Under the pieces are notes generated by a model that did not search any database, was not told the origin of the DNA, and saw only the letters and a list, made by a program, of their open reading frames with translations. DNA of 63,058 nt, filler included, from Octopus bimaculoides (Eukaryota), in the NCBI RefSeq assembly GCF_001194135.2. It is 4 parts of 3 records of this genome, joined end to end, with 100 filler letters (N's around TTAATTAATTAA, not from the genome) between each part and the next. Parts side by side here need not be neighbours in the genome. Positions count along the whole stretch, not along the records: positions 1 to 30,212 come from NC_068981.1; positions 30,313 to 53,333 come from NC_068981.1; 2 more parts are not named here. One strand, given 5' to 3'. This document shows positions 22,950 through 35,989 of this stretch, one piece after another. Made by a program: the position numbers and the translations under genes. Each line of letters opens with the position of its first letter. Positions within the stretch are counted from its first letter, which is position 1.

Positions 22950-23610
22950 TTAGTGTGTCTTCCACAAGTTCAAAGTAATCAGTGCTTCCACTCGGTGCCA
23001 AATTAGGATACGCCAGAAATGAACTTGCATGCATCCAGAGCAAATGCAGCAGGACAGAGGACAAGGTGACCCACACAAATACGCTTCCTAGAAATATTAA
23101 AACCAATATATACCCTATATATAAATCGCCAAACACAGAAAACCCAGCAACACATGCTTCCTTAAAATACCCCATTTTAGCGAGAGGATAACTACAGCCA
23201 TCCGAAGAGCCATAAGAAGGGAAGGACTAAACATACAACTAGCCCACTCTGGCCCCTCTCTGAGAAGACACCTCGCAAAGAAACGGGCAAGGGACAGCAA
23301 TCAATGCACACTAGCAAACTGTCCCATCAGTGACACAGACTTATGACAACGAGTAAATGTCGTGTAAATACAATGTAACAAATGCAACAAGTTCTATGTT
23401 GCAATAAGACCGTTACATATTCGCATCAAAGAACATCTGAAAACGAGAGCCTCCTCCTTCAGAAAACATCTGGACAGATGCCCGAACACAGACAAAAGCA
23501 TAAAAGTCACAATTGAGGCCAATGAAACAAATTTGGGTAATTTAAGAATTAAGGAAGCTATTCTCATAGGGGCTCAAATCAACAACAGGCTGGAGCTTGG
23601 CAGTTAATAT
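22950..23610 (+). mobile_element. Penelope-like element C-terminus with GIY-YIG endonuclease, decayed
   Basis: SVLPLGAKLGYARNELACIQSKCS (thumb region); LKIPHFSERITTAIRRAIRREGL; NVV*IQCNKCNKFYVA-IRPLHIRIKEHL...FRKHL...LRIKEAILI. Confidence 0.88.
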
Positions 23611-23929
23611 ATTCTCTAGCTACATCTGGATGCGTGTAGGTTTTTTATGACATGCTTATATATTATTTATAAAAAAAAGGGGGAAGAGAAAAAAGGGAAG
23701 GAAAAGGGAAGGAGAAGGAGAAAAAGAGGAAACTGCATGTATAATACATAACTTAGAAGCAGCGTTACGGATGTGCNNNNNNNNNNNNNNNNNNNNNNNN
23801 NNNNNNNNNNNNNNNNNNNNNNNNNNNNNNNNNNNNNNNNNNNNNNNNNNNNNNNNNNNNNNNNNNNNNNNNNNNNAATTAGGGAAGCATTATATACATG
23901 CATGATGCATCATAGAATAAAGACATTAA

Positions 23930-25423
23930 ACATAACAAATACCATAGTTAATATGATCTAATATTAATCTTATATTTAAGATACATATGAAAATTATAAA
24001 ATACTCTTTTCTGTTCTTTGTAGCAATGTATTTCCTTACAGTTTTGTCATATGAGAGCTTCCTTGGAATGTCATTTTCTAGAGACAATATGCACAAGGAA
24101 TTTAAGTACCCTTCAGTCATGGTAGAGCGAAATTTATTCTTTATAAAGGAAAGCTTTGAGAAATTCCTTTTTGTTTCACAGCTCGAGATAGGCATTGTCA
24201 AGGACAGCTTAATTGCAGTGGTGATATTATAGAACACTTCAATTAATGGTTGCTCAAAAATAAGCTAAAGACCTTCTATGCATTGTATTTTAGATGGCGT
24301 GTTTTCTTCTGTGTTCTGGGATTTCTTAAAGTGAACTGATAACAATCATTTATTAATCTATGGTTAATATTGTCTTTGTAATGCGATATTATACGTTTGA
24401 TACTGTTCTCATCAAATTCTGAATTGTTCATCAATTTTGAGAGCAACTTGAACCTTTTCATAGTCTGTTCATTTGGGTCCATCTTCTTGCTTAACTGAAT
24501 TATCAAGCAGTCATAGACTTGATTTAGAACTTCTATCCTAAATTTTCAGCCCCTTTCAAAGAAGCCCTATCACTTGTTCTATCTGCAAATTTCTTTGTAA
24601 CAATGCGTTTGGATATATCAGAATAATTTGAAGTGATATATTCACATAAATCTTTTGCTGCTGATTCATAGTTGCAATCAGGTCGGCTGAATTTTCTCAT
24701 AGTTCTTTAACAAATGAAAGCAAAGATGCTAGCAGAAGGTAACCTTCAAATACATTAGAAACAGGAATTTTGGGTTTCTTACTTGTCTTGTTAAAATGCT
24801 CCATAACCTCTTCCCAAACGACCATTAAAACAACATATTCCAATTTTACCAACTTGTGGTATAAATTCTTTGCATCTCGCTTAGATTCTGGTATCTCTTC
24901 TGAGTCTTCAAACATATGTTTGAAAGTTTGTAAAATATCCTTATGTCCATTTTTAATTGCCCGGGCTACTTCACAGTGTGCAGACCATCTAGTGACACTT
25001 AAGCACTTTAGAGAAAAGGCTAGATTGCCCTGTGTGTTTAAAATCCCCCGTCTTCGAGGAGATTCTGAAAAGAAAACATACAACTGCTGCCAAAATACTT
25101 CAGATGCAGTAGACACTGCTTTTTCTCCAACAAGCTTGAGTGAATGACTTGCACATGGTACACAGTCTACATACCTGTTAACATTTTTAAGAAATACAGC
25201 CCTTTCTCCGAGCCCTTCATGCTGGAAGCATTATTGTACGACTGACCATGTGTATTTTCAAGTGAAAGCTTATGCTCCCCCAGGAATTGTGTTATTTTGT
25301 TGAACAAGGTTGTGGATGAATGGTTTTCTATTGGAAAAAAGATCTGGAAAAAATGCTAAAAATCTCTCACAGGGCTTTCCATTATAACAGAAATGGTAAA
25401 GTATCAGGTAAAACACCTTGATA
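23930..25423 (-). mobile_element. hAT transposase remnant (ZMYM1-like)
   Basis: GQSYNNASSMKG, PCASHSLKLVG, FFSESPRRRGIL, LSVTRWSAH (ORF 24697-25116) and the dimerisation domain LTMPISSCETKRNFSKLSFIKNKFRSTM...LSLENDI (ORF 23926-24237). Confidence 0.9.
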
Positions 25424-25425
25424 TA

Positions 25426-28372
25426 CAATAATGCCTCAATATACGAATTAATTTGTTCGTGAAGATCGCTCGTAAAGCGAAAACTCGTAATTTCTCATAA
25501 GACATAATAACAGTCTTATAAATCATAATTCGCTCTGAGAAAAATATTTTACCCATAAAGTTTATAATACTCGTAAATAAATGGCAGTAAAACAGCAGTA
25601 GAATGTAAAGAATATTTTATGTAAAGTAAAAAAAAAAGTGTCAAGATCATTTATAATAAAAAATATTATTATAATAATTGTTTTCTGAATCACTTTCACT
25701 CGCACTAGACTCGTGCACACCAGACGCGATTGCTGATTCACCAGCACTTGTAGACGGGCTTGTAGATTTAAAAAAAAAAACAAATCTAGAGTTGTTTGCT
25801 TAGAAGCTTTTTTTTGCTCTCTATAAATTTCTCGGTAACTCTCAGAAGCATTTGTTATAGTAGTACAAACTTTTGCACTTCGTTCAAAATTTGGATCTTG
25901 TGCTTGAAAAATTTCCAAGGCTTTATCGAAATGTTGAAATGCTTTCACGAGTCCTTTCAACATGAATGTATGAACTGGCGTTTCATTGACAGTGTCCTTT
26001 TCCTCCTCTATTGTTGCCTGTTCTTGCATTGCAATAAGCTTTTCGTTGATGACTTCGTCACTATGTGATTGAAGCAGTTCATCTACGTCACTTGCCGACA
26101 CGTTGAGATTCAGTTCATTTACCAGGTTTATAATTTCTTCTGTTTCTTTTTGTATATTTTCTTGAAGTGATTCAAAACTCTCACAATCATTAAGAAATTG
26201 AGGGGCAAAGTTTTTTTTCCAAATGCCCTTCATATTCTTTTGAGTGATTTTATCCCACGCTTTTCCTATGATTTTTACTGTGGTGTAAATGTGATTTTTC
26301 CAGAATTCCATTACAGTTGGTCCCCTTCTTTGTCTGTTTCTTCATTCGACATTGCAAATATGTAGCATAAATAATGAGATTTAAAAGTTGCAATAACACC
26401 CTGGCCCATTGGTTGCAAAAGTGATGTATTCAGAGGCAAAAAAATAACTTTGACATTAGGATGGAGATGTTGCAGAATAGGAGGGTGGCTAGATGCATCG
26501 TCAATAAGCAACATTGCATGAAATGGAAGTTCGTTCTTATCACAATATTTCTTAACTTCCAGTACAAAGTGATTTGAAAACTATTCTTCAAATAATGTTG
26601 TCTTAACCCAAACCTTTTTATTAGATTTCCATATGACTAAAATGGTACTTTTAGCTGGATATGTTGTTGTTCCATCTAATGTGACTCCGTTCAGAAGGCT
26701 GTAATATTATTTAGTAGGAACCCGGTTGAGAAATGCATGGAACAATGGTGATAACTTTAAATACGTTTTTTGTAGTCATACATATATATACATAAGCTGA
26801 ATGGAAGTGGTTCATGGACATATCTACATACATCTGCGTGGGTTGTATGTTAGCTGTTAACCCTGGTGAGGAAAGCTCGTGAACAGCAATATGTTAGAAT
26901 CAGTGCAGATGTTCTTGACGACGTTGGTGAGAAACCTCATGGTGGCGACGAAGATGGGGGTTGCTGCAATGTGGTCAGTGGTGAGACCTTTGAAGGTTAG
27001 GAACCAACAGACGTTGAGACTAGAAGGGGGTGAGCTTTTATAGCTGATGGTAGGCTCAAATGCTTGTTTGGAACAGATTGTCTCACGTGACTTATTTGGA
27101 GGCTGTGATTGGTTGGGTTGCATATTGGTGCGCAATAGAGTAAGAGACAAATTGCGCCAATACCAACCAATTGGAGCGGTAGACACAACGGGGTCCAAAA
27201 CAGCGCCCAAAGGTTAGCTGTTACCTGCTACGTTCGTAAGTATTTATATATAATGGAGAGAGGAAGTTCACTTGAGTTCGCTACATACTTTTTAAGATGC
27301 CTTTAAATGTCCTAGGATTTTCCGCTTGATAAACAAGCATTGGTTTTGATTTTAAATCTCCGGATGGATTTCCTCCAAATGATAATATTATTCGATCTTT
27401 TGCAACTTTAAAACTAGGCAGCGCAGATTCTTCCTTACCAATGTAACTTCTGGATGGCAAGCGTTTCCAGAAAAGTCCTGTTTTATCGACATTAAAAATC
27501 AATTGTAGCATGTAACCTCCTTCTTCAATTATTGCTGCCAATGTTTCTGGAAATTTTTTGCTACATCAACATTAGCGCTTGACACTTCTTCTTGCACTTT
27601 GATGAAATGTCACCCATGTCGATTTTTAAAACGATCAAACCATTCTCTGCTAACAACAAAAATTTCGCTTGTGTCACCTTTCATTTCTTTAAGCATACTG
27701 AAAAGAGACAATACTTTGCTACAAATCGACGCATATGCATACGTTGTTTTGTTACTTATCCATGCATTTTAAAGTTTTTTTCCATTTCCGGAATAATGCT
27801 TCCAGCATCTCTTTTTACGAGCTCAGGTTGATTGCTAAGGCTGCGCATTTCTCACTTGAGATAAATATTTTTGTTTTTCTTTGAGAATTGTGCAGACAGT
27901 CGACGAGTTAATTGAAAATTTGTCACAAATGTTTTTCACAGTTGTACCACCAACGTGCATTTTTACAATTTCATACTTTGTTTCTTTCCAAAGTGATAGC
28001 TTTTTGTTTCTTTTTGTTCCCGTCAGTGTTTTTTAAACACTTTCATTTACACATATTGGGTGGGCTTAAAAAATGCCGAAAATAATAGTGTAAATACACG
28101 TATACAATATAAAATATGTGGCACAAAGAATTAGCTTATAATAATCTCTCTCAACAAAGTGCATGCGCAAATTAAGACATTGAAATTTTATGCTGTCATT
28201 TTACTCCATCGCTATATGCAGCTGTGTAGATGCATCAGAACCAGTGTTGTCTAATGTTGCGACGTTGCCACACATACAAAATGGCTGTTTAACCTTTTTA
28301 TATTTATTATAAAATAAAACTTGTAAACCCGTGTTCTCGTAAAGCGGGTCCTTGTAAAGTGAAGTATTACTG
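25426..28372 (-). mobile_element. Tigger/pogo DNA transposon, near full length, decayed
   Basis: TA-flanked TIRs CAATAATGCCTCAATATACGAA (25426) and, as reverse complement, CAGTAATACTTCACTTTACAAG (28372). Transposase motifs IFNVDKTGLFWKRLP, LLIDDASSHP, LLQPMGQGVIATFKSHY and a CENP-B-like N-terminus. Confidence 0.92.
26651..27285 (-). mobile_element. Probable solo LTR inserted in the Tigger transposase
   Basis: Interrupts the transposase between FKGILKS and TILVIWKSNKK. TACTT at 26646-26650 and 27286-27290. Ends T-TAGC...GCTACA. The minus strand has CCAATCA followed by TATAAAAG. Confidence 0.55.
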
Positions 28373-28374
28373 TA

Positions 28375-28480
28375 TTTAGTTTTGCCCTGAGTTCAAGTAC
28401 CGCCTCGGTTGGATTTACCTTTTATCCTTCTGAAGGATCGATAAAATAAGTACCTGTTAAATACTGGGTCTAGTGACTCT
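28375..28480 (+). mobile_element. SINE family A, 5'-truncated
   Basis: CTGAGTTCAAGTACCGCC...GATAAAATAAGTACC matches the family A body. Confidence 0.7.
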
Positions 28481-28689
28481 GTACCTCATATAGAAACCAC
28501 TAAGTGCTGTCACATTACCGGACCCCTGGTGATAATTTCCAAACAATTATGTCTATTAATCTCCCTTTCTTTCACTACAGCACAGAAAATAAAATAAAAA
28601 GGGGATGATTATGGATCTCTATCAGAATAAAAATATTTTGCGAGTGAGCAATATTAATTGTCTCAAACGAAATGATATTTGTATTCCAT

Positions 28690-29414
28690 ATTAGCAGAGC
28701 TTGGAAGGAAGGTGTGCAGCGCGTGATCGTCGCATTGACATGACAGAGGAAGTTATCATGGCGATACCTGCTCAGAGGCCTACGCAAAGTTGCAGAAAGC
28801 ATATGGAGAGAGGTGTATGAGCTGCACACAAGTGTACAAGTGATTTAGACGTTTCGAAGATGGCTGAAAAATATCAATATTGACAAACGTTCTGGGAGAC
28901 CCACAACCAGTAGAACTGAGAAAAACATCGCAGATGTGCGTACAGCTGTGAGGAGAAATTGTTGAATCACCATCCGTGACTTATCAGAGGATGTGCAGAT
29001 TAGTTACAGTTCACTTCAGTCCATTATCACCGAAGATTTGGGTATGAGACACGTGTCTGCTAAGTTTGTGCCCAAACTGCTTTCAGCTGACCAAAAAGAC
29101 ACTTGGGTTTCAGTTGTTCAAAATCTCCTTGATTGTGTCGAGAATGATGAAAACTTTGTGTAGGCCTCTGAGCAGGTATCCCCAAGCTTTTGGCAAAATT
29201 CGATGCAGATTCTCTGCTCAACTTTCTCTGTCATGGTTAGTGCAATGACTACACATTACACACCTTCCTTCCAAGAACTGCTGTAAACAGCGGAAGTAAG
29301 GTAGAACGTTAAAACTTAGTGCGCATGAAAAGCAGAGTTCAAGGTCAATCTGTGCCAAGCATGCTTTAGCTTGGTTACTATGGTAACAGTCCGGATACTT
29401 ATTGATCAGACCGC

Positions 29415-29417
<3 letters not shown>
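28690..29417. mobile_element. mariner-derived fold-back element: transposase N-terminus (+) followed by an inverted copy of the element 5' end (-)
   Basis: Plus strand: GDTCSEAYAKLQKAYG, RSGRPTTSRTE, ITIRDLSEDV, LGMRHVSAKFVPKLL. 28763-28782 is the exact reverse complement of 29161-29180, and 28700-28716 of 29259-29275. The minus strand encodes MTEKVEQRICIEFCQKLGDTCSEA. The right end abuts (TA)n. Confidence 0.85.
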
Positions 29418-29448
<31 letters not shown>

Positions 29449-30256
29449 TTTTTGTATTTGTTTTGCAAGATACTTCATGTGAATTCGTGTATTGAAGCAT
29501 ATTTTATTATGTCTGGGAAGAGTCATTCTCTTTTAGTACCTTTTTATTTAACACACACACACACTGGTTCGATTTCTACTCATTTATTTATTTTTTCTAA
29601 AATTTTTGTTGCATCTTGCAACCTTTTCAATAGTCATTGACTGTCTCTTATCAGAGTTGCGTTCTTTTTGTTTGATTGCACGTGCACATGTGAGTGCATC
29701 AGTGTGCATGCATATACATGTATGTATGTATGTATGCATGGATGCATGTGTGTGTATGCATATATATATGTGTGTGTATGTATGCATATATGTACGTTTG
29801 TATGTATGTATTCTGCATATTCATATGTTTGTGTGTTCATGTTTGTGTGTTTGTATGTGTGTGTGTGTGTATTTGTGTGTACCTCTGTTTCCTTGTGTGT
29901 GCATGTTTGAGTGTGTCTATGTGTATGGGTTTGTGTGACTATGTACATGTGTCTGTTATGTATGGATGTGTGTCTCCATATATGTCTTTGCGTGTGCGTG
30001 TGAAGTGTGTATATGGTCATGTGTTTTAGTCTTCATTTATGCAAGTGTGTGCTTGTCTGTCTGTATTACTTATGTACATATATATATATGTACATATATA
30101 TATATATGTACATATATATATATATACATACAGTGTACATTTAGACACATAAGAGAGATGTCCATAATAGGACATCTAACCTGCCATAATAGGACATCAA
30201 ACTCCAAACCACNNNNNNNNNNNNNNNNNNNNNNNNNNNNNNNNNNNNNNNNNNNN

Positions 30257-30268
30257 TTAATTAATTAA
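30257..30268. other. Assembly spacer TTAATTAATTAA embedded in N-runs (also 53378-53389 and 58918-58929)
   Basis: The identical 12-mer, which gives a stop in all six frames, is flanked by about 44 N on both sides at three sites. Confidence 0.9.
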
Positions 30269-30312
30269 NNNNNNNNNNNNNNNNNNNNNNNNNNNNNNNN
30301 NNNNNNNNNNNN

Positions 30313-30372
<60 letters not shown>

Positions 30373-30779
30373 GTGTGTGTGTACATCCTCTCAGAACAAA
30401 CAAACTACCATATAAGAAATAGTATATCTAACATAGGAAACGTTTTGCTGATAAAGTTATTTAACGTGGAAGTCAATAAGATTAGAGACACTGTGCCTAT
30501 AACCTTCACCGACTTTATACAGAATTTCCTGTTATCATACCAAAGATAATGTATCAGACACTGTAACTTGTACAACCATTGCCTCAATTAATCTACAAAT
30601 TTTCCAGTGCGTGGACTGATTCCTTAATGAGGGTCTACAAAAATGCACTCATTAAGACCAGCTTCAGAGCAACAAAAAAAGCAACAAAAAACAAGACAAA
30701 TACGAACACTAATAAATATATCGATTTCTCACATTGGCACTATGGAGTGTGCATATTCAATTAAATCGCTTTTTCAGTA

Positions 30780-30928
30780 TATTACTGGTCTTAATCTGAT
30801 CAGTATCTGAAAGATGAAAAGTAAAGTCTATACGGATAGGATTTAGAAATTAGAAAACAAAAGAACAATATCTAAATACTTCTAGGCATTTTGCCCGGCG
30901 CGCTACTGATTTTGCCATTTACCGTCTT
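30780..30928 (-). mobile_element. SINE family A, diverged 5' part
   Basis: Minus strand AAGACGGTAAATGGCAAAATCAGTAGCGCGCCGGGCAAAATGCCTAG matches the head at 41050. Confidence 0.65.
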
Positions 30929-33077
30929 TCGTTCAAATAAATATATAGAACACACTAAACAGACAAGGACTGATTATGGAAGGAATCCAGGTGAAATTTA
31001 TGGATTATTATGACGAAGCTGCTTCGTTCACGCAGGTAAACCATGGTCATAAAGGAAATTATTTTATTGACGTATCTTAAAATGCATATCAATGGTTTGT
31101 ACTTTAGTTATTCGCAGATTATAGAAGCATTAGATACAGTCATAAACCATTCGCTAGAGACAAACAACTGTGTGCACGTATTCAGACAAGTATAAAACCG
31201 CACCCGCACAGTGGTATACATACTATCTAACGACAAGCTTTCCTACGATCCGAAAACTAAATAGTTTGGATAAGAATGGGTGATCCGAGATCAGGTTTCG
31301 TACATATTACTCTCTTTGGAATAATACCAAAAACTAACTAAATAAAATTACTATAAGACGAAATTCAAATATGCAATAGCTTTGAGTGAGAGAGGGGAAA
31401 GACATTGACAAACATAAAACCATGTCACAAAAGTGCACGAAACCGACAGTAAATAAATACAGTCTAGTATATTATTTTAAAAAATATACAGGCATGCCGT
31501 TATGCCGTGAGAAATATGAGGAAAATAATATGTAATAGTTTAGACGATGTAATAGTGCAAGAGAAGGGGTCATATAGAGGTTATATACGATTAATGTAAT
31601 GCTTTAAAAATGTGGGCTATGCATTTGTTTAAGTGGAACGAAGTTCACTTTTCTGCCTTGTAATATGGATGAATTCCTAAGCGCAAAGAATTATATCCAT
31701 ATCGTATATCACTTTCAACAGATATTCTTATCAACATAAATGTATAAAAGCTCTCAGATTTAAGTAATAACAAAAGTAGTAGAGGAATTATCTCAGCATG
31801 CTGTGCTGTATAAATATAATGGAGTTTTATACTTAGTTTTATACTTTGTTTAGAATTTCAATTATGATTACTTAACACATGCACACACACAATCATTTTA
31901 TATGTGCTCATCTGGATAAAGCCACCTTAGAAAGCGGGTGATAGTATCTGTTGTTCTAAAATGATGCAACACCATATAGCCATATAATTGACAACGTTAC
32001 AGCATTCTCTAAAGTTGAATTTAAGTCATACTGTGATTTTGGATAGAAAGACAATAAAAACGACGCTATGTAATGTTACTCCAAAAGAGTTTCAATATGA
32101 AAAACAAAAGAGAAAAGAAAAAGAAGAAAAATCGTTCCTCAATCTCGAAATATATATGACTACATTTTTGAAATATGAGTAATAACCGTATTTGCATCAC
32201 ATGTAACTAGAATACACAAAGAAATACAAGTGTAGGAAAAAAATATAACCAAAGAGCTGCAACTAGAATCGTAAATACTCGTATACTCTATAGCGTACAT
32301 TTGTAAGTTTATATAACGCAAATGAATAGGTCAGCTGTGGCAGACAGCACCATGATCATCTCAGTACTTTTCTCTCATAGTAGGATCTAGCTCGAACATA
32401 AATAAATGTCTGCAAATCCGCAGGAAAAACTGGCAGGACAGTGGAGCTGTAGTCTGATTCGCATGCTTGCACTAACGCGAAGTCCGATAATTGCTAACCA
32501 AAGGAAATTTAGTGGTGTTAAAACTGGTGACATGTTCAGTACACACACACACACACACGCACGGACACACAGACACACAGACACAGACAGACAACACACA
32601 CACATACGCACACACACACACATACACACACGCACACTTACATTTATATATATATATATATAAACAAAAATGTGATGAGAAAAATAATTGAGTGTCCAAT
32701 GGCATGTATACGAAGGACAAAGACAAATACAGGTATATTAAATAACATGAAATATATTTTTGATTTATCGAAGTTGCTTCTACCTCCAGAGGTTGTATCA
32801 CAGTTACCAACTGGCACTTAAGACCAGCTTCCCTTGAGAAGGGGAGATAACCGATTGTCCTCTTTTTCTCTAGACAATGAGCCCGTCTTTTTCTATAGTG
32901 GAATGTGAAATTTGAAGAAATTTTTGCATCTTGATATTATCTTCCACTTTGAGTTGGTGCTGGTTTAAATTGCTATTTAGAAATTATGTTACGTCCTCTA
33001 GACTAATTTAATAAATCATGAATTTTATGTGGAATGGTATTTGACATAGCTGTATTTACTTCTTTCTCTCTGTCTCT

Positions 33078-33220
<143 letters not shown>

Positions 33221-33966
33221 TACACATACACACACTGTCCATGCCATTACATCTGGACACTATATTCCGTATCAATGATAATTTTGGTTTCTTGATACAT
33301 TACATTCACACATATTTGCATATTATATTGGAAACTGAATGAACACAGACTCCAAGTCTATGTATAACACTTATGCTTTTGAACGTTGCAGGAAGAAAAG
33401 CACAGTCGATTTTGTCATAATCAAATGTTTAGATGAAATAACTTAACATATACATGTAAACTGTAATACAACCTCCACTCAGTGTGGTAGTTTCTGTATT
33501 TTATGTGCTACCTCTAAACGAAAACAGCATTCATACATGAGGTTGAAGTTGCAGTAATATAAATTTGATGAAGAACAGAGATTTAAAAGATAAAGGAAGA
33601 GGAGATTAATTACAAGGTGTAATTGCATAAAAGATGTTGCAAGATAGCAAACAGTAAAAGAAAGTGATGTGCACGCTTTGAAAAGAGCAAGTCAATGCTG
33701 GTACCTAAGATGAAAATAATCTATTTTGTGCAAACAATAATTTATTTTGAAGAGCCATGTTCATCTCTGTTAAAAAAAGGAAGCGAAACATATTTCACAA
33801 CTTGAACAATGACTTGGATCTCAATCTCAATGATAGAGGACCTGATAAGTTAAACGATATTAGAAAGGGCTGGTATATCTCTAGTAATGTGGCGATCTAG
33901 TGCTTCTTTGGATTTACCATTCACAACCGATAAGCAACAGCACTCGACCTTGCAGACAATGTAGAG

Positions 33967-34294
33967 CAGAGATTCTCAATCATTTTTTTAGCTATGGACC
34001 CCTTTGATTACTATTTTATTCTGGTAGATCGCATAACCATTTGGTGTTTAAAAACTGGTTTAATAGAAGCTTCTTTCAAAATTCCAATTTTGTTTTTCCC
34101 ATATTAACTTTGACCTATATAAAATGTTAGAAAAAGAAACCTAGCTGTTGTTGTATTGCCTACCAATATATACATCTAAAGCAAAAGAGTTTCAGGGGCC
34201 CTTAAAATACTGTTGTGGATCCCCAATTTACTATTTTGTTGCATGGAACCCCAAAAATCTTATAGGCTATATGGACCCCGATTTAAAACCACTG
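33967..34294. mobile_element. hAT MITE, same family as 8555-8902
   Basis: CAGAGATTCTCAAT...TTTAAAACCACTG; flanks ATGTAGAG / ATGCAGAG (7/8); shared internal TGATTACTATTTT.TTCTGGT. Confidence 0.8.
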
Positions 34295-34403
34295 ATGCAG
34301 AGAATGTAGAAAGATTACTTCATAGAGATCACATCTCATTATTTTATACAAGAAAACCGGACATTGTTATAACAATTTTCAAACAGTATCAAGATGTCCA
34401 ATG

Positions 34404-34481
34404 TTCTCCATTTCACCTGTATGCATTTCACCTGTATCCATTTCACCTGTATGCACCTTTTCTCCATTTCACCTGTATGTT
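34404..34481. repeat. Short tandem repeat of CATTTCACCTGTAT (4 copies)
   Basis: Direct reading. Confidence 0.9.
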
Positions 34482-35989
34482 TCAAACTACTACATCTGGA
34501 CTCATCAAAGGAAATGGAGTTGGTGCAATCAAAGTTACTTGTAAATCAAGAGATGTTATTGGACGTGTTTATACAATTAACTCTAATAACAGAATGTGTT
34601 TACCTGCCGTTACATCTTCACACTCTTCAAGTGTAGATATCATTTGGAAATCTCTGTCAGCCTATTTACGCGTTGCACTCAACTGAAAATGTATCATGTA
34701 TCTTGTGGTACTAACTATCCTGGACAATAGTCCCATATTTGTCATGCAGCTATAGCTTACGCTTAAATTTGTCTGTTAAAAAGTTTGGTATATTTGCGTT
34801 CTCTGAGAAAATGCTTCTGAATGAAGTCAAGGAAATGTTTCGTAATATCGAATTTTGCTGGCATCATTATCATCAATATTGCTAGATGGTTGGCCGAAAC
34901 AACAGTAATTGTCAACCAGCTGAATAATAAGGCAATCATATTACTGTAGTCTGCGACATTCTTTTGTCTAGGCTGCTGATGGTTTTAGAAACAAAGTGTT
35001 CAGTTTATTTCTCTAAAAACGATGTTGGAAAAATTATAGTAAGAAGTAGGAAGTGTGCAAAAGTAAACATTAGCTTATATATAAAATCCTTGATAACAGA
35101 AAGGCCATATCATTCTCTCCCTTGCTAAGAAATATAACATATATGACTGCATTGTATAATGATTTTATAAGTTCAAAATTTGGAAACGGATGAATTATTA
35201 TACGTAGACAAGAAATACCTTCTTGAGTTCAGATTATGTCGCAGTGGTTTTTATTCTCTTTCTTTGATGAAGCTATAGAGTAAGTAGGGCGGATAAAATT
35301 AACCAGTTCAGTTGATTAAATATTATTTCTTATATATAAAAAAAACAATAATGGTATAGGTAGCTGGAGTAGATTGAGAAAAGCTGTACTGACTAGTTTA
35401 TCATAACTCTATTGGTATATCGTAGGTGCAATCTTAAGTTTCTACCCTGTTCAATTTTCTTTTACATATCTTGGGGGATTATTAAAATAAGAATTTGCAA
35501 TATAATTGAAACAATTCAATTTCTAAAATTCAACTCATAATTATTATTAGTTTTACCTTGAAATAAAGTAATATACTTGGAAATTGTCAGGCAACGTTTT
35601 ATTTGTCAGTTGACTGAGTGAAACTATTCTTTTTTCTGGGAATCTTTTCTTCCATACAGTGGTTATGTATTCCTTGAACGAAATGTTAATGTTTATGAGA
35701 GAAACTACTTCTATAAAATATAGTAGAGTATGCATGACTTGAGATAGATTAACTCGAATTTGATTGGGACATTATTTTAATTGTTGCTTGCACTCTTTAA
35801 AAAAAAAACATTTCTTTAATTTTTCCTAACCTATAAATCTCAAATTATGTTTACGTTGGATAAAGTGCTGAACTATACCCGAGCAAGTAATACTCAGTAA
35901 AAGTGTTGGACTATATCCGTGTAAGAAATACTGAAATTTATTTCTATTTTCCAAATTAAATAATGGATTTTAATTGTTTATCATCTTCA

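Noticed and set aside
30257-30268. Palindromic TTAATTAATTAA recurring three times between N-runs
   Set aside because: Identical six-frame-stop spacer with fixed-length N flanks; an assembly placeholder, not biology.
34570-34990. Exon-like minus-strand segments with AG/GT boundaries
   Set aside because: The best-bounded segment has stops in all three frames; the longer open frame resembles nothing I recognise and lacks a donor.
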